A DNA stretch of 6,360 nt, taken from a virus. Lineage: Duplodnaviria; Heunggongvirae; Uroviricota; Caudoviricetes. The first letter of the stretch is position 1, and each line of letters opens with the position of its first letter. A program made the translations under genes and the position numbers. A model generated the notes under the pieces. It made no database searches. It saw only the letters and a program-made list of their open reading frames with translations, and was not told the origin of the DNA. The stretch lies in the IMG/VR virus record IMGVR_UViG_2695420732_000016; one strand, 5' to 3'. Of the stretch, positions 1 to 5,927 are shown piece by piece.

Positions 1-299
1 TCCGGCAGCGGAAGGCCTTCACCATATGCCATGCTGTTTGACTGCCCCGCCAGAACCACAACAAAGTAATACTCCGGGTCTCTGGTGGCGCTGATTACTG
101 TGCCTTCTCCATCCGACGGCTTCACCAACACAGGTGTGGTGACATCACCTTCCGCCGCAATGGCCTGCATCAGAGTATAAGGCGTGATGGCCACCGGGCT
201 GCCAAATGGCTGCCACCCCTCCTTCAGTTTTTGTGTCAGCTTTTCCGCAAGATCTGACGGCGACGCCGCCCTGACCACATCGTAGTGTTTAAATACCAT
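1..299 (-). CDS. NanS-p-like prophage sialate O-acetylesterase, 5' partial (N-terminal domain plus start of SGNH esterase domain); continues beyond window start
   Basis: Manual minus-strand translation from ATG at 299..297 is open for 99 codons to the window edge: MVFKHYDVVRAASPSDLAEKLTQKLKEGWQPFGSPVAITPYTLMQAIAAEGDVTTPVLVKPSDGEGTVISATRDPEYYFVVVLAGQSNSMAYGEGLPLP. The VVLAGQSN motif matches block I of sialate O-acetylesterase/SGNH hydrolases, and the preceding ~80 aa resemble the DUF1737-type N-terminal domain of prophage NanS-p proteins. Not in the ORF track because no stop lies in the window. Possible SD GGTGGAAAAGG upstream. Confidence 0.6.
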   Translation of the reverse strand, partial: MVFKHYDVVRAASPSDLAEKLTQKLKEGWQPFGSPVAITPYTLMQAIAAEGDVTTPVLVKPSDGEGTVISATRDPEYYFVVVLAGQSNSMAYGEGLPLP

Positions 300-1521
300 G
301 ACCTTTTCCACCATATAAAGGAACAATAAATTCTTTTCTGATAGAGATTTAAATAAAAATACATTATTTTACAAAAAAATAATATCCATTACAAAAACAT
401 CCGATTTTTTTATATTCCCGCTCATCCTGCTAATTTGTATTACAAAAAAATGAAACAACTTGAACCAAAGTGATACAAAATTAGAAAAGAAAACCCCAGG
501 AAGACAAAGAAGACGATCTTTTTCAATGAGTTACACTGATTTATTGACTATGATTTTTAGCAAAACAATCGAAAGCAATGTGTACCGAGAAGGTTAAAAG
601 ATGGAATGGATAGTTATTGACACAGTGATATGCCCATCAAGCGGAATAACGTTTTCAACTGTATGGTGTAAAATAAAGTTGATAATCTGGTATCAGTCAG
701 ATGTGTTCCTGCCACCCGGAAGTATTCTCACACCTGTTAACTCAGGTGTGATTATGGATAATAAGCTGCTTCCATTAACCATTTACAACGTGACACCATT
801 TAACAGAAAATTCTGGTTCCTTATCAGAAATCAAAAAGAGTGCCCCGGGAATTCAGTTAAAACAAAAATAAAATGCCATAATAGTATGTGTGTACTGATG
901 ATATGCCCGTATGGATTATATAAGTAACAACATATGAATACATAACAGATAAACTATTGACCTTGAGGCTCATCCATATAAAGAAGAGCTCTCCGAAGAG
1001 GTGTGTATTTGCATGCACATTCCTTTTTTGCTCTATGTCATGACCTCCGGCGACTCTATCCCGGCACCAGCAAACCCGCATCATTCTCGTTTCCGGTGTC
1101 TCTAAAACCACAGCACACCTGCCCCCCCGCTGAGGGAGGGAAGCACTGTATCCGTACACTCAGCAACAGAAATACCACCTGCTCACTGCGCTACATATCA
1201 GCAACAATTTTATACCCGAACATTATCATTCAACAGCATGGTTCACAACAACATCATAACCCAGGAAACGAGAATCAGATCAAAAAAACAGAAATTTTAC
1301 ATGAAAAATACTGTTTATTAATATTGATAGCGTCGTACCACAAAATACGATGAATTATCCCTGAACTTAACATTAATGCCAGTATGTATTGCCCGCTGGT
1401 ATCAGCGGGCGCTTTAAGAGATCGTATTCATGACTACCTGGGAAAAAGCTATTTTACTATTGTCAGTTTTTATTGCAGCCTTATCTGTCTACTTGCTTCA
1501 CAGCCTGAACTGACCATATCT
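300..1521. other. AT-rich, apparently non-coding tract between the methyltransferase and the NanS-p-like gene, with a more GC-rich core around 1000-1200
   Basis: Strongly A+T-rich with A-tracts; TTACAAAAA occurs three times near 369, 390 and 440. The three track ORFs here (601..927 +, 857..1159 -, 1003..1353 +) translate to low-complexity, Cys/Trp/Ile-rich sequences and two use GTG starts. No tRNA T-loop motif (GGTTCGAATCC or its complement) seen. Confidence 0.5.
1391..1410. other. Perfect 8-bp GC-rich hairpin (GCCCGCTG-GTAT-CAGCGGGC) about 110 nt downstream of the methyltransferase stop
   Basis: Inverted repeat read directly. No clean U-tract follows on either strand (minus: AAUACAUACUGG; plus: GCUUUAAGAG), so it is not a canonical intrinsic terminator; possibly an RNA stability or processing element. 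Confidence 0.4.
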
Positions 1522-2598
1522 TTATCCATCCTTCCCGTCATCAATTGAGCATGTAAGGATGTGACTAATCTCCTTAACGGTCTGCGCAAAACGTTCTGCC
1601 TCCAGTTCAACACCAGTTGCACGACGCCCGAGCGCCATAGCTGCTTTTATGGTTGAGCCAGAACCCATGAAAAAATCCGCCACCAGGTCACCCGGACGAC
1701 TGCTCGCGCAGATTATCTGCCGCAGCATTTCTGCCGGTTTTTCGCACGGATGTTTCCCTGGATAGTACTGCACCGGTTTATGCGTCCACACATCGGTGTA
1801 CGGCACCTGCACCGTCACACCGAAATACCGCCGCAAATTTTTATATTCACTCAGCAGTTCCATGTACTGCCGGTTCAGCTCACTGTATGTGCTGACCAGT
1901 TGGTAATGGGACTTTTCCAGTTCTCCCCGCTGATGTTTCTCTTCTGCCACCCGGGCAAACAGCGACTGTAATTTCAGATAATCGCTTTCGTTCGGTAGCT
2001 GCCACTGACTGGCACTGAACCAGTGCGACACCATGTTTTTCTTTCCTGTGGCATCTGCAATCTGTTTTGCCGTTATCCCAAGAGCAGCACGCGCATCACG
2101 AAAGTAAGAAATCAGCGGGGCCATCACATGCTGTTTCAGTGCCCTGCCCTTCGCCTCATCGCCATCATCTTTCGGACGATACGGCCCCTGATAATGTTCC
2201 GCGAACAGAATGCGTTCTGTGGCCGGAAAATACGCCCGCAGGCTTTCCTTGTTGCACCCGTTCCAGCGTCCGGACGGCTTCGCCCAGATAATATGGTTCA
2301 GCACATTGAAGCGTTCACGCATCATGATTTCAATGTCAGATGCCAGGCGATGGCCACAGAACAGGTAAAGACTTCCGGCAGGTTTCAGCACCCGCCAGAA
2401 CTGCGCCAGACACTGGTCCAGCCACTTCAGGTAATCATCGTCGCCCTTCCACTGGTTATCCCAGCCCTCGGGCTTCACTTTAAAGTATGGCGGGTCTGTG
2501 ACTATCAGATCGACAGAGTTTTCCGGTAAGGTCTGGATAAATTCCAGGCAATCAGCGTTGATTAACTCACAACTGGATATTTTTACAGTATTAAGCAT
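1522..2598 (-). CDS. DNA methyltransferase, beta-class N6-adenine/N4-cytosine family (DPPY motif favours N6-adenine); orphan prophage methyltransferase
   Basis: 358-aa ORF. Catalytic motif IV LIVTDPPYF near the N-terminus (aa ~32-39) and AdoMet motif I FFMGSGST near the C-terminus (aa ~300) give the beta-class order IV then I. No adjacent restriction endonuclease ORF. An in-frame TGA sits immediately upstream of the ATG at 2598, so this is the first possible start; the SD is weak. Confidence 0.9.
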   Translation of the reverse strand: MLNTVKISSCELINADCLEFIQTLPENSVDLIVTDPPYFKVKPEGWDNQWKGDDDYLKWLDQCLAQFWRVLKPAGSLYLFCGHRLASDIEIMMRERFNVLNHIIWAKPSGRWNGCNKESLRAYFPATERILFAEHYQGPYRPKDDGDEAKGRALKQHVMAPLISYFRDARAALGITAKQIADATGKKNMVSHWFSASQWQLPNESDYLKLQSLFARVAEEKHQRGELEKSHYQLVSTYSELNRQYMELLSEYKNLRRYFGVTVQVPYTDVWTHKPVQYYPGKHPCEKPAEMLRQIICASSRPGDLVADFFMGSGSTIKAAMALGRRATGVELEAERFAQTVKEISHILTCSIDDGKDG

Positions 2599-2607
2599 GG
2601 ATCATTA

Positions 2608-2649
2608 AGCCTGTCTCTGATAGGCTCATTCTGCTTTTGCGCAAAGCAG
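2608..2649 (-). promoter_or_regulatory. Two inverted repeats in the methyltransferase 5' region: AGCCT-N9-AGGCT (2608-2626) over the expected SD, and an imperfect palindrome CTGCTTTTGCGCAAAGCAG (2631-2649) overlapping a weak sigma70-like promoter
   Basis: Both repeats read directly. On the minus strand a possible -35 TTGCGC, 16-bp spacer, -10 TATCAG lies about 30 nt upstream of the ATG. The promoter match is weak. Confidence 0.3.
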
Positions 2650-2734
2650 TGGGCCTGAGGTTTGCTTGTGAACCCAACGCATGAGCAGATGGCTGGTAGG
2701 TGCCCCTAACACCCACCAGCCGCCCATTTACCAC

Positions 2735-2762
2735 AAATAAAAAAGCCTTCACTGCGGAAGGC
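2735..2762 (-). terminator. Rho-independent terminator at the end of the 65-aa ORF
   Basis: Minus strand reads GCCUUC-CGCAGU-GAAGGC followed by UUUUUUAUUU (plus-strand stem 2745-2762, A-tract 2735-2744). The stop codon of the 65-aa ORF lies inside the 3' arm of the stem. Confidence 0.65.
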
Positions 2763-2946
2763 GTCTGTAACAACCGAACTGATAGTCTGCCAGACCCGCC
2801 ATAACAAGCTGGGTCAGTATTAACTGGCAGCGTTCGCGTGAAAGGTAAGTATTCTGCGCAATCTCCCCGACTGTCGCCGGGTCGGTAACGCTTAATTCAT
2901 TAAACACCACTCTGGCGGTTTCTGTCATATCCTGCTGTTTTAGCAT
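2749..2946 (-). CDS. Small putative winged-helix DNA-binding protein (FaeA/PapI-like pattern), 65 aa
   Basis: ORF with ATG at 2946 and a purine-rich SD-like stretch (AAAGGGAAAAAAGAC) upstream. The segment VFNELSVTDPATVGEIAQNTYLSRERCQLILTQLVMAGLADY resembles the PapI/FaeA winged-helix pattern (ILEFLN...[28 protein letters not shown]). The assignment is from recalled family patterns, not a search. Confidence 0.45.
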   Translation of the reverse strand: MLKQQDMTETARVVFNELSVTDPATVGEIAQNTYLSRERCQLILTQLVMAGLADYQFGCYRRLPQ

Positions 2947-3068
2947 GTCTTTTTTCCCTTTTGGTTAACGTGACATACCAATAACTCTTGTCCAAAAAGC
3001 CAGTAAGCAGAAAGACCGGTATTCGCAACCACCAGCGCATTTAACGCCCCGTGCCGTTTTTCAGTCAT

Positions 3069-3093
3069 AAAAAAACCCGCAAAAAGCGGGCTC
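3069..3093 (-). terminator. Rho-independent terminator about 100 nt downstream of the Q-like gene (tR'-like position)
   Basis: Minus strand reads (GAG)CCCGC-UUUUU-GCGGG followed by UUUUUUU (plus-strand stem 3076-3090, A-tract 3069-3075). Short GC stem with a 7-U tail; position matches the terminator of the short PR' transcript in lambdoid phages. Confidence 0.55.
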
Positions 3094-3169
3094 TTTCAAA
3101 TGTCCATGTCTGCTATTCGCCTCGCGGTACAGCTTTGCGAAGCTTACCGGAATTGAAGCAGTTTTTACG

Positions 3170-3736
3170 TCAAAAAGCAATAACTTTTTTCTCTATACCA
3201 AAAGCCATAACCATTGGTTTGTACAAAATAAATTCTGCCACCTTTAGCCAATGCTCAATGCGTCTTTCACAGGTTCTTAAACTCCATTCCGGATGTGCAT
3301 CATTCAGCAGTTCAGCCATTTTGCGCTTAGTCATCCCCCGCCCCACATAACGCTGACTCAGAACATTGAGCAGCCCGGGATAACCTGCCAGTACTTCACC
3401 AATAACCCTGTCGATTATTAACGCCTCTGAATCGGTACAATGTGCCAGCCAGCTTTTTTGATTGCCGTTGATCATATCCCGCAAAAAAGCCTCAAGTTCA
3501 GGTTTGTCCAGACCCGCTTTTTTCATCCTCCGGAGCGCCTCGTTAATTGCCGTTTTTGTCAGCTTTTTAGAGGTCAGTAATTGGTTGAACATATTTCCCG
3601 TCTTACCGTCGCCAATATACGACCAACGCCCCCACATACGCAGTTTCCCCTGGATCCAGACACTTTCCAGCGTTTTCAGGCGTAAATGCTCACCGCTTTT
3701 GCCTGTAATTTCCGGGTATATCATATTTATGCTCAC
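3170..3736 (-). CDS. Q-like late-gene antitermination protein (putative)
   Basis: 188-aa ORF directly downstream of rusA and upstream of tandem terminators and late-type cargo, the canonical lambdoid Q position. N-terminal LRMWGRWS resembles the conserved ERWGAWA motif of P22 gp23-type Q proteins. The track start at 3736 is GTG, overlapping the rusA stop as GTGA; an in-frame ATG at 3724 (MIYPEITG...) is an alternative start. Confidence 0.6.
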   Translation of the reverse strand: MSINMIYPEITGKSGEHLRLKTLESVWIQGKLRMWGRWSYIGDGKTGNMFNQLLTSKKLTKTAINEALRRMKKAGLDKPELEAFLRDMINGNQKSWLAHCTDSEALIIDRVIGEVLAGYPGLLNVLSQRYVGRGMTKRKMAELLNDAHPEWSLRTCERRIEHWLKVAEFILYKPMVMAFGIEKKVIAF

Positions 3737-4092
3737 TCACTTTCAATTTTGTAAATCTTCACGCCCAGCCGCCCACCAGAAACGAGCTGACCGCGCACAA
3801 TATTGATTTCATCAAACTGCTCGTCGTCTATGAGAAGTCCGGCATGCGTCAGCGCATCCAGCGGTGCTTTCAGGATATTGTCCAGATCACGACGGCGCTT
3901 ATCCGGTGGCTCTGCAATAATCTTTATCGCCAGCCTTCCGGACAGGCTTAATTTCAGCCGCTGCTGGCGAACAATAAGCGCCACAGCCCGGCGATAACGC
4001 TTTCCCTCCTCCGAGATAAAATATGTGCTGCCACGGCGTCGCCAGTAAGTGTTCACCGTCGGCGGGTAAGGTAAAACCAAATCTATGAGCAT
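3733..4092 (-). CDS. rusA: Crossover junction endodeoxyribonuclease RusA (Holliday junction resolvase)
   Basis: 119-aa ORF with RusA hallmarks: LPYPPTVN near the N-terminus, the catalytic-region block DKRRRDLDN, DALTHAGL, DDEQ and GGRLGV, matching E. coli RusA (LPWPPSNN, DRRRRDLDN, DALTKAGF, DDAQ, GGRLEL). Good SD (AAGAGGTGA) about 5 nt before the ATG; starts 12 nt after the upstream gene's stop. Confidence 0.92.
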   Translation of the reverse strand: MLIDLVLPYPPTVNTYWRRRGSTYFISEEGKRYRRAVALIVRQQRLKLSLSGRLAIKIIAEPPDKRRRDLDNILKAPLDALTHAGLLIDDEQFDEINIVRGQLVSGGRLGVKIYKIESE

Positions 4093-4104
4093 CAGTCACC
4101 TCTT

Positions 4105-5154
4105 TTACCCAAGCACGCCAGTTGCAAAGGCGTGATCAAGAAAACGAAAAATTAAATCAACCTGAGAACCATGCTTTTCTTCGAACGCCAGCGGATCCGC
4201 ATGAAGCTCGTTGTGATGCTCCCGACACAGCGGTAGCGTGAAAATATCGTGAGATTTTGTCCCCATTCCGCCCTGACCATGACCAATCAGGTGATGGGGA
4301 TCGTCGGCTGGCTTACCACAACACGCACACGGCTGAGTCTTCACCCAGCGTGTGTATTTCTCGTTAACCCAGCGGCGACGTTTAGGTCGTTTCATGAAAG
4401 ATTCCGGAGACTCAGGATCAACGGCAATGCTGACCACCGTCTTTTCCTGTGGTGGGTTCTGTTGCTGGTGGGCGTGAGGCAGCGGCGCAAGATTTTTTGT
4501 GCGCTGTTTCAGTATGCTGATGGCGGTCTGCTCTCCCGGTACGATGTCGCTTTCGCGGTACAAGGAGCGGATTTTTTCCGCACGTAACCCCAGAGAACGA
4601 CGTAATACTGCCTCCGGAAGCGCGTCCGCCACCTGATTGCAGACCGCCCACCAGGATAATTCAGCCAGCGACAATTCCCGCTCCTGCGTGCCATTCATTG
4701 CATGGCGTATGACGTCAATCATCCATGCTGACAGGTTTTGATGAGCAAGTTGCCCGAGTGATTCGGATGTCTGGTCACGCAACTGGTTGTCGCAGTGCCA
4801 GCACAACACCATCGCGCCGGTACCGTAACGATGTATGACGATTTCACTGTGATGATAGTCACCATGAGGCCACTGGCAGGATTTGACATGACGCAACAGC
4901 CAGTCAGACAGTGCCCCAGCGCCGCCAGCAGCACGAATCACCCGCTCATCGCTGAAAAATGGCAGAAATGATTTATCCTCCGCCAGCGGCTGGCGAACGG
5001 CAGGGACGACTCCGGACGGCAGACCGCGCATGCTTTTCGGTTCAGGCTCCACCAGCACTCGAGGGTTATGAAATACTTGCATGGATTCACGGCCCGGCCT
5101 AAGGACCACCAGCCCGAGTTCCGGTACCAGAACAGGTCGAAGTAATATCCGCAC
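4105..5154 (-). CDS. DUF968/YdfU-like prophage protein with C-terminal HNH-type zinc-finger nuclease motif
   Basis: C-terminus CACCGKPADDPHHLIGHGQGGMGTKSHDIFTLPLCREHHNELH is an HNH-like Cys/His motif; the organisation matches Qin-prophage YdfU. The track frame is open from ATG 5226 (373 aa), but that start overlaps the upstream ORF by 71 nt and adds a low-complexity 24-aa tail. I favour GTG at 5154..5152, preceded by GGAGGTAAC and placed 1 nt after the upstream TAA, giving 349 aa. ATG at 5082 is another alternative. Confidence 0.8.
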   Translation of the reverse strand: MRILLRPVLVPELGLVVLRPGRESMQVFHNPRVLVEPEPKSMRGLPSGVVPAVRQPLAEDKSFLPFFSDERVIRAAGGAGALSDWLLRHVKSCQWPHGDYHHSEIVIHRYGTGAMVLCWHCDNQLRDQTSESLGQLAHQNLSAWMIDVIRHAMNGTQERELSLAELSWWAVCNQVADALPEAVLRRSLGLRAEKIRSLYRESDIVPGEQTAISILKQRTKNLAPLPHAHQQQNPPQEKTVVSIAVDPESPESFMKRPKRRRWVNEKYTRWVKTQPCACCGKPADDPHHLIGHGQGGMGTKSHDIFTLPLCREHHNELHADPLAFEEKHGSQVDLIFRFLDHAFATGVLG

Positions 5155-5155
5155 G

Positions 5156-5428
5156 TTACCTCCAGATCCGTTGCTGGTATGTGCGGGATGGGCGCGGTGA
5201 GCGTTCGGAATAAGGGAGCCTGACATAGATTATCCAGTGACGATAATCGAGGCTGAGGGCTTTCTTAATCTCGTATCCGCGTCTGCGGTAGTTATGAATT
5301 AGCCATTCGGCCTGTTCTTCAGTACATGATGGGTGTTGGTACCAGTCGGTTTTAAATGCGTGTGAACGCCGCCCATGCCGGATGGCAAGGTCGGTATCAG
5401 AATTGTGAAATTTGGTTTTGTGCACCAT
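5156..5428 (-). CDS. Small hypothetical prophage protein (Rem-like by position between hokD and the ydfU-like gene)
   Basis: 90-aa ORF (MVHKTKFHNSDTDLAIRHGRR...). Assignment is by synteny with the Qin-prophage order hokD-rem-ydfU only. Weak SD (AGAGAAAACAG), and a hairpin lies just upstream of the start. Confidence 0.5.
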   Translation of the reverse strand: MVHKTKFHNSDTDLAIRHGRRSHAFKTDWYQHPSCTEEQAEWLIHNYRRRGYEIKKALSLDYRHWIIYVRLPYSERSPRPSRTYQQRIWR

Positions 5429-5438
5429 CTGTTTTCTC

Positions 5439-5453
5439 TGCTGGCGCAGCAGG
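5439..5453 (-). promoter_or_regulatory. Palindrome CTGCTGGCGCAGCAG about 11 nt upstream of the Rem-like start codon
   Basis: 6-bp arms CTGCTG/CAGCAG around a GCG centre, read directly; overlaps the expected ribosome-binding region. Function unknown. Confidence 0.3.
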
Positions 5454-5500
5454 TGTCAGGTGTTCAGGCTGACGTGCGAATTGTAAACCAGAATGCCAGG

Positions 5501-5527
5501 AAAAAACAAAACCCGCCGAAGCGGGTT
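5501..5527 (-). terminator. Rho-independent terminator of the hok transcript
   Basis: Minus strand reads AACCCGC-UUCG-GCGGGUU followed by UUGUUUUUU: a 7-bp stem with a UUCG tetraloop and U-tract, about 70-95 nt downstream of the hokD stop. Confidence 0.75.
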
Positions 5528-5566
5528 AAGTGCGGGTGCGTTGAGGATGCCTGACTCATCAGAGGT

Positions 5567-5588
5567 GGCGAGGGATTTCTCCCTCGCC
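5567..5588 (-). other. Perfect 9-bp GC-rich hairpin in the hokD 3' UTR (GGCGAGGGA-TTTC-TCCCTCGCC), candidate fold-back (fbi-like) element
   Basis: Inverted repeat read directly, 8 nt downstream of the hokD stop. hok-family mRNAs carry structured 3' ends that pair with the 5' leader. Confidence 0.45.
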
Positions 5589-5595
5589 TGGTCTC

Positions 5596-5751
5596 TTACT
5601 CCTCAGGTTCGTAAGCTGTGAAGACAGCGACCTCCGTCTGGCCGGTTCGGATTCGTACCTCGCAGAGGTCTTTCCTCGTTACCAGTGCCGTCACTATGAC
5701 GGTTAAACAGATGACGATCAGGGCGATTAACATCGCCTTTTGCTGCTTCAT
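5596..5751 (-). CDS. hokD: Hok-family type I toxin (small membrane-depolarising peptide), HokD/RelF-like
   Basis: 51-aa product MKQQKAMLIALIVICLTVIVTALVTRKDLCEVRIRTGQTEVAVFTAYEPEE: a single transmembrane helix followed by the conserved TRK.LCE.R...G..EVA.F.AYE core of Hok/Gef. SD AAGGAG 9 nt upstream of ATG 5751..5749. Confidence 0.9.
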   Translation of the reverse strand: MKQQKAMLIALIVICLTVIVTALVTRKDLCEVRIRTGQTEVAVFTAYEPEE

Positions 5752-5808
5752 AGCCTGCTTCTCCTTGCCTTTCGGCACGTAAGAGGCTAACCTACATGTG
5801 CAAAGCAT
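5596..5808 (-). CDS. Mok-like in-frame N-terminally extended reading frame of hokD (putative translational coupling frame)
   Basis: The 70-aa track ORF begins at ATG 5808 with SD GAGG 8 nt upstream and shares hokD's frame and stop. This matches my recollection that chromosomal mok frames share their stop with hok. The mok SD can pair with GCCUC at 5783-5787 in a hairpin that encloses the start codon. Confidence 0.5.
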   Translation of the reverse strand: MLCTCRLASYVPKGKEKQAMKQQKAMLIALIVICLTVIVTALVTRKDLCEVRIRTGQTEVAVFTAYEPEE

Positions 5809-5927
5809 GAAATTGGCCTCAGATTAATGTTAAGCGTCTTGCCGGACGCGTAATGTTAACTGGGGCTTTTCTCTATCTGCCTTTTGGTGTTCATACCTGA
5901 GGCAGATAGCCTCAAGCACCCGCAGCA

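Noticed and set aside
625-907. 10-bp direct repeat TGATATGCCC at about 626-635 and 898-907
   Set aside because: A single exact 10-mer pair in a 6.4-kb window is within chance expectation; no flanking structure suggests a mobile-element boundary.
601-1353. Track ORFs 601..927 (+), 857..1159 (-) and 1003..1353 (+) in the AT-rich tract
   Set aside because: Products are compositionally odd (Cys/Trp/Ile-rich, no recognisable domain), two use GTG starts, and they overlap one another. The 601..927 ORF does have a plausible SD (AAGG 7 nt upstream), so it is the only one worth a second look, but the evidence is insufficient to call a gene.
300-1521. Shiga toxin genes or the ileZ-argN-argO tRNA cluster expected between Q and nanS-p in Stx phages
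   Set aside because: No reading frame resembling StxA or StxB and no tRNA T-loop motif on either strand; the slot appears empty of these features.
1750-2529. Plus-strand track ORFs 1750..1971, 2023..2529 and 2067..2291
   Set aside because: They lie entirely antisense to the well-supported methyltransferase CDS, have no recognisable motifs, and are typical shadow ORFs of a GC-balanced coding region.
2591-2773. 60-aa minus-strand ORF bridging the 65-aa ORF and the methyltransferase start
   Set aside because: It starts inside the 65-aa ORF in another frame, reads straight through the intrinsic terminator hairpin and the intergenic region, and its product is low-complexity. Its stop lies just past the methyltransferase ATG, but that alone does not support a gene.
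3096-3240. A canonical PR' late promoter with qut site between the Q stop and the first terminator
   Set aside because: Only weak -35/-10 matches found (for example TTGCTT-17-TTCAAT); nothing convincing enough to annotate.
3051-3997. Plus-strand track ORFs 3051..3350, 3462..3806 and 3803..3997
   Set aside because: Antisense to the Q-like and rusA coding regions, with no RBS or domain evidence; 3051..3350 would also have to read through the terminator hairpin.
3899-4099. 66-aa minus-strand ORF inside rusA
   Set aside because: Alternative frame wholly within the confidently identified rusA gene.
4249-4934. Track ORFs 4249..4587 (+), 4418..4651 (-), 4509..4694 (-) and 4719..4934 (-)
   Set aside because: All are embedded in or antisense to the DUF968/HNH gene; Arg/Cys-rich low-complexity products typical of out-of-frame translation.
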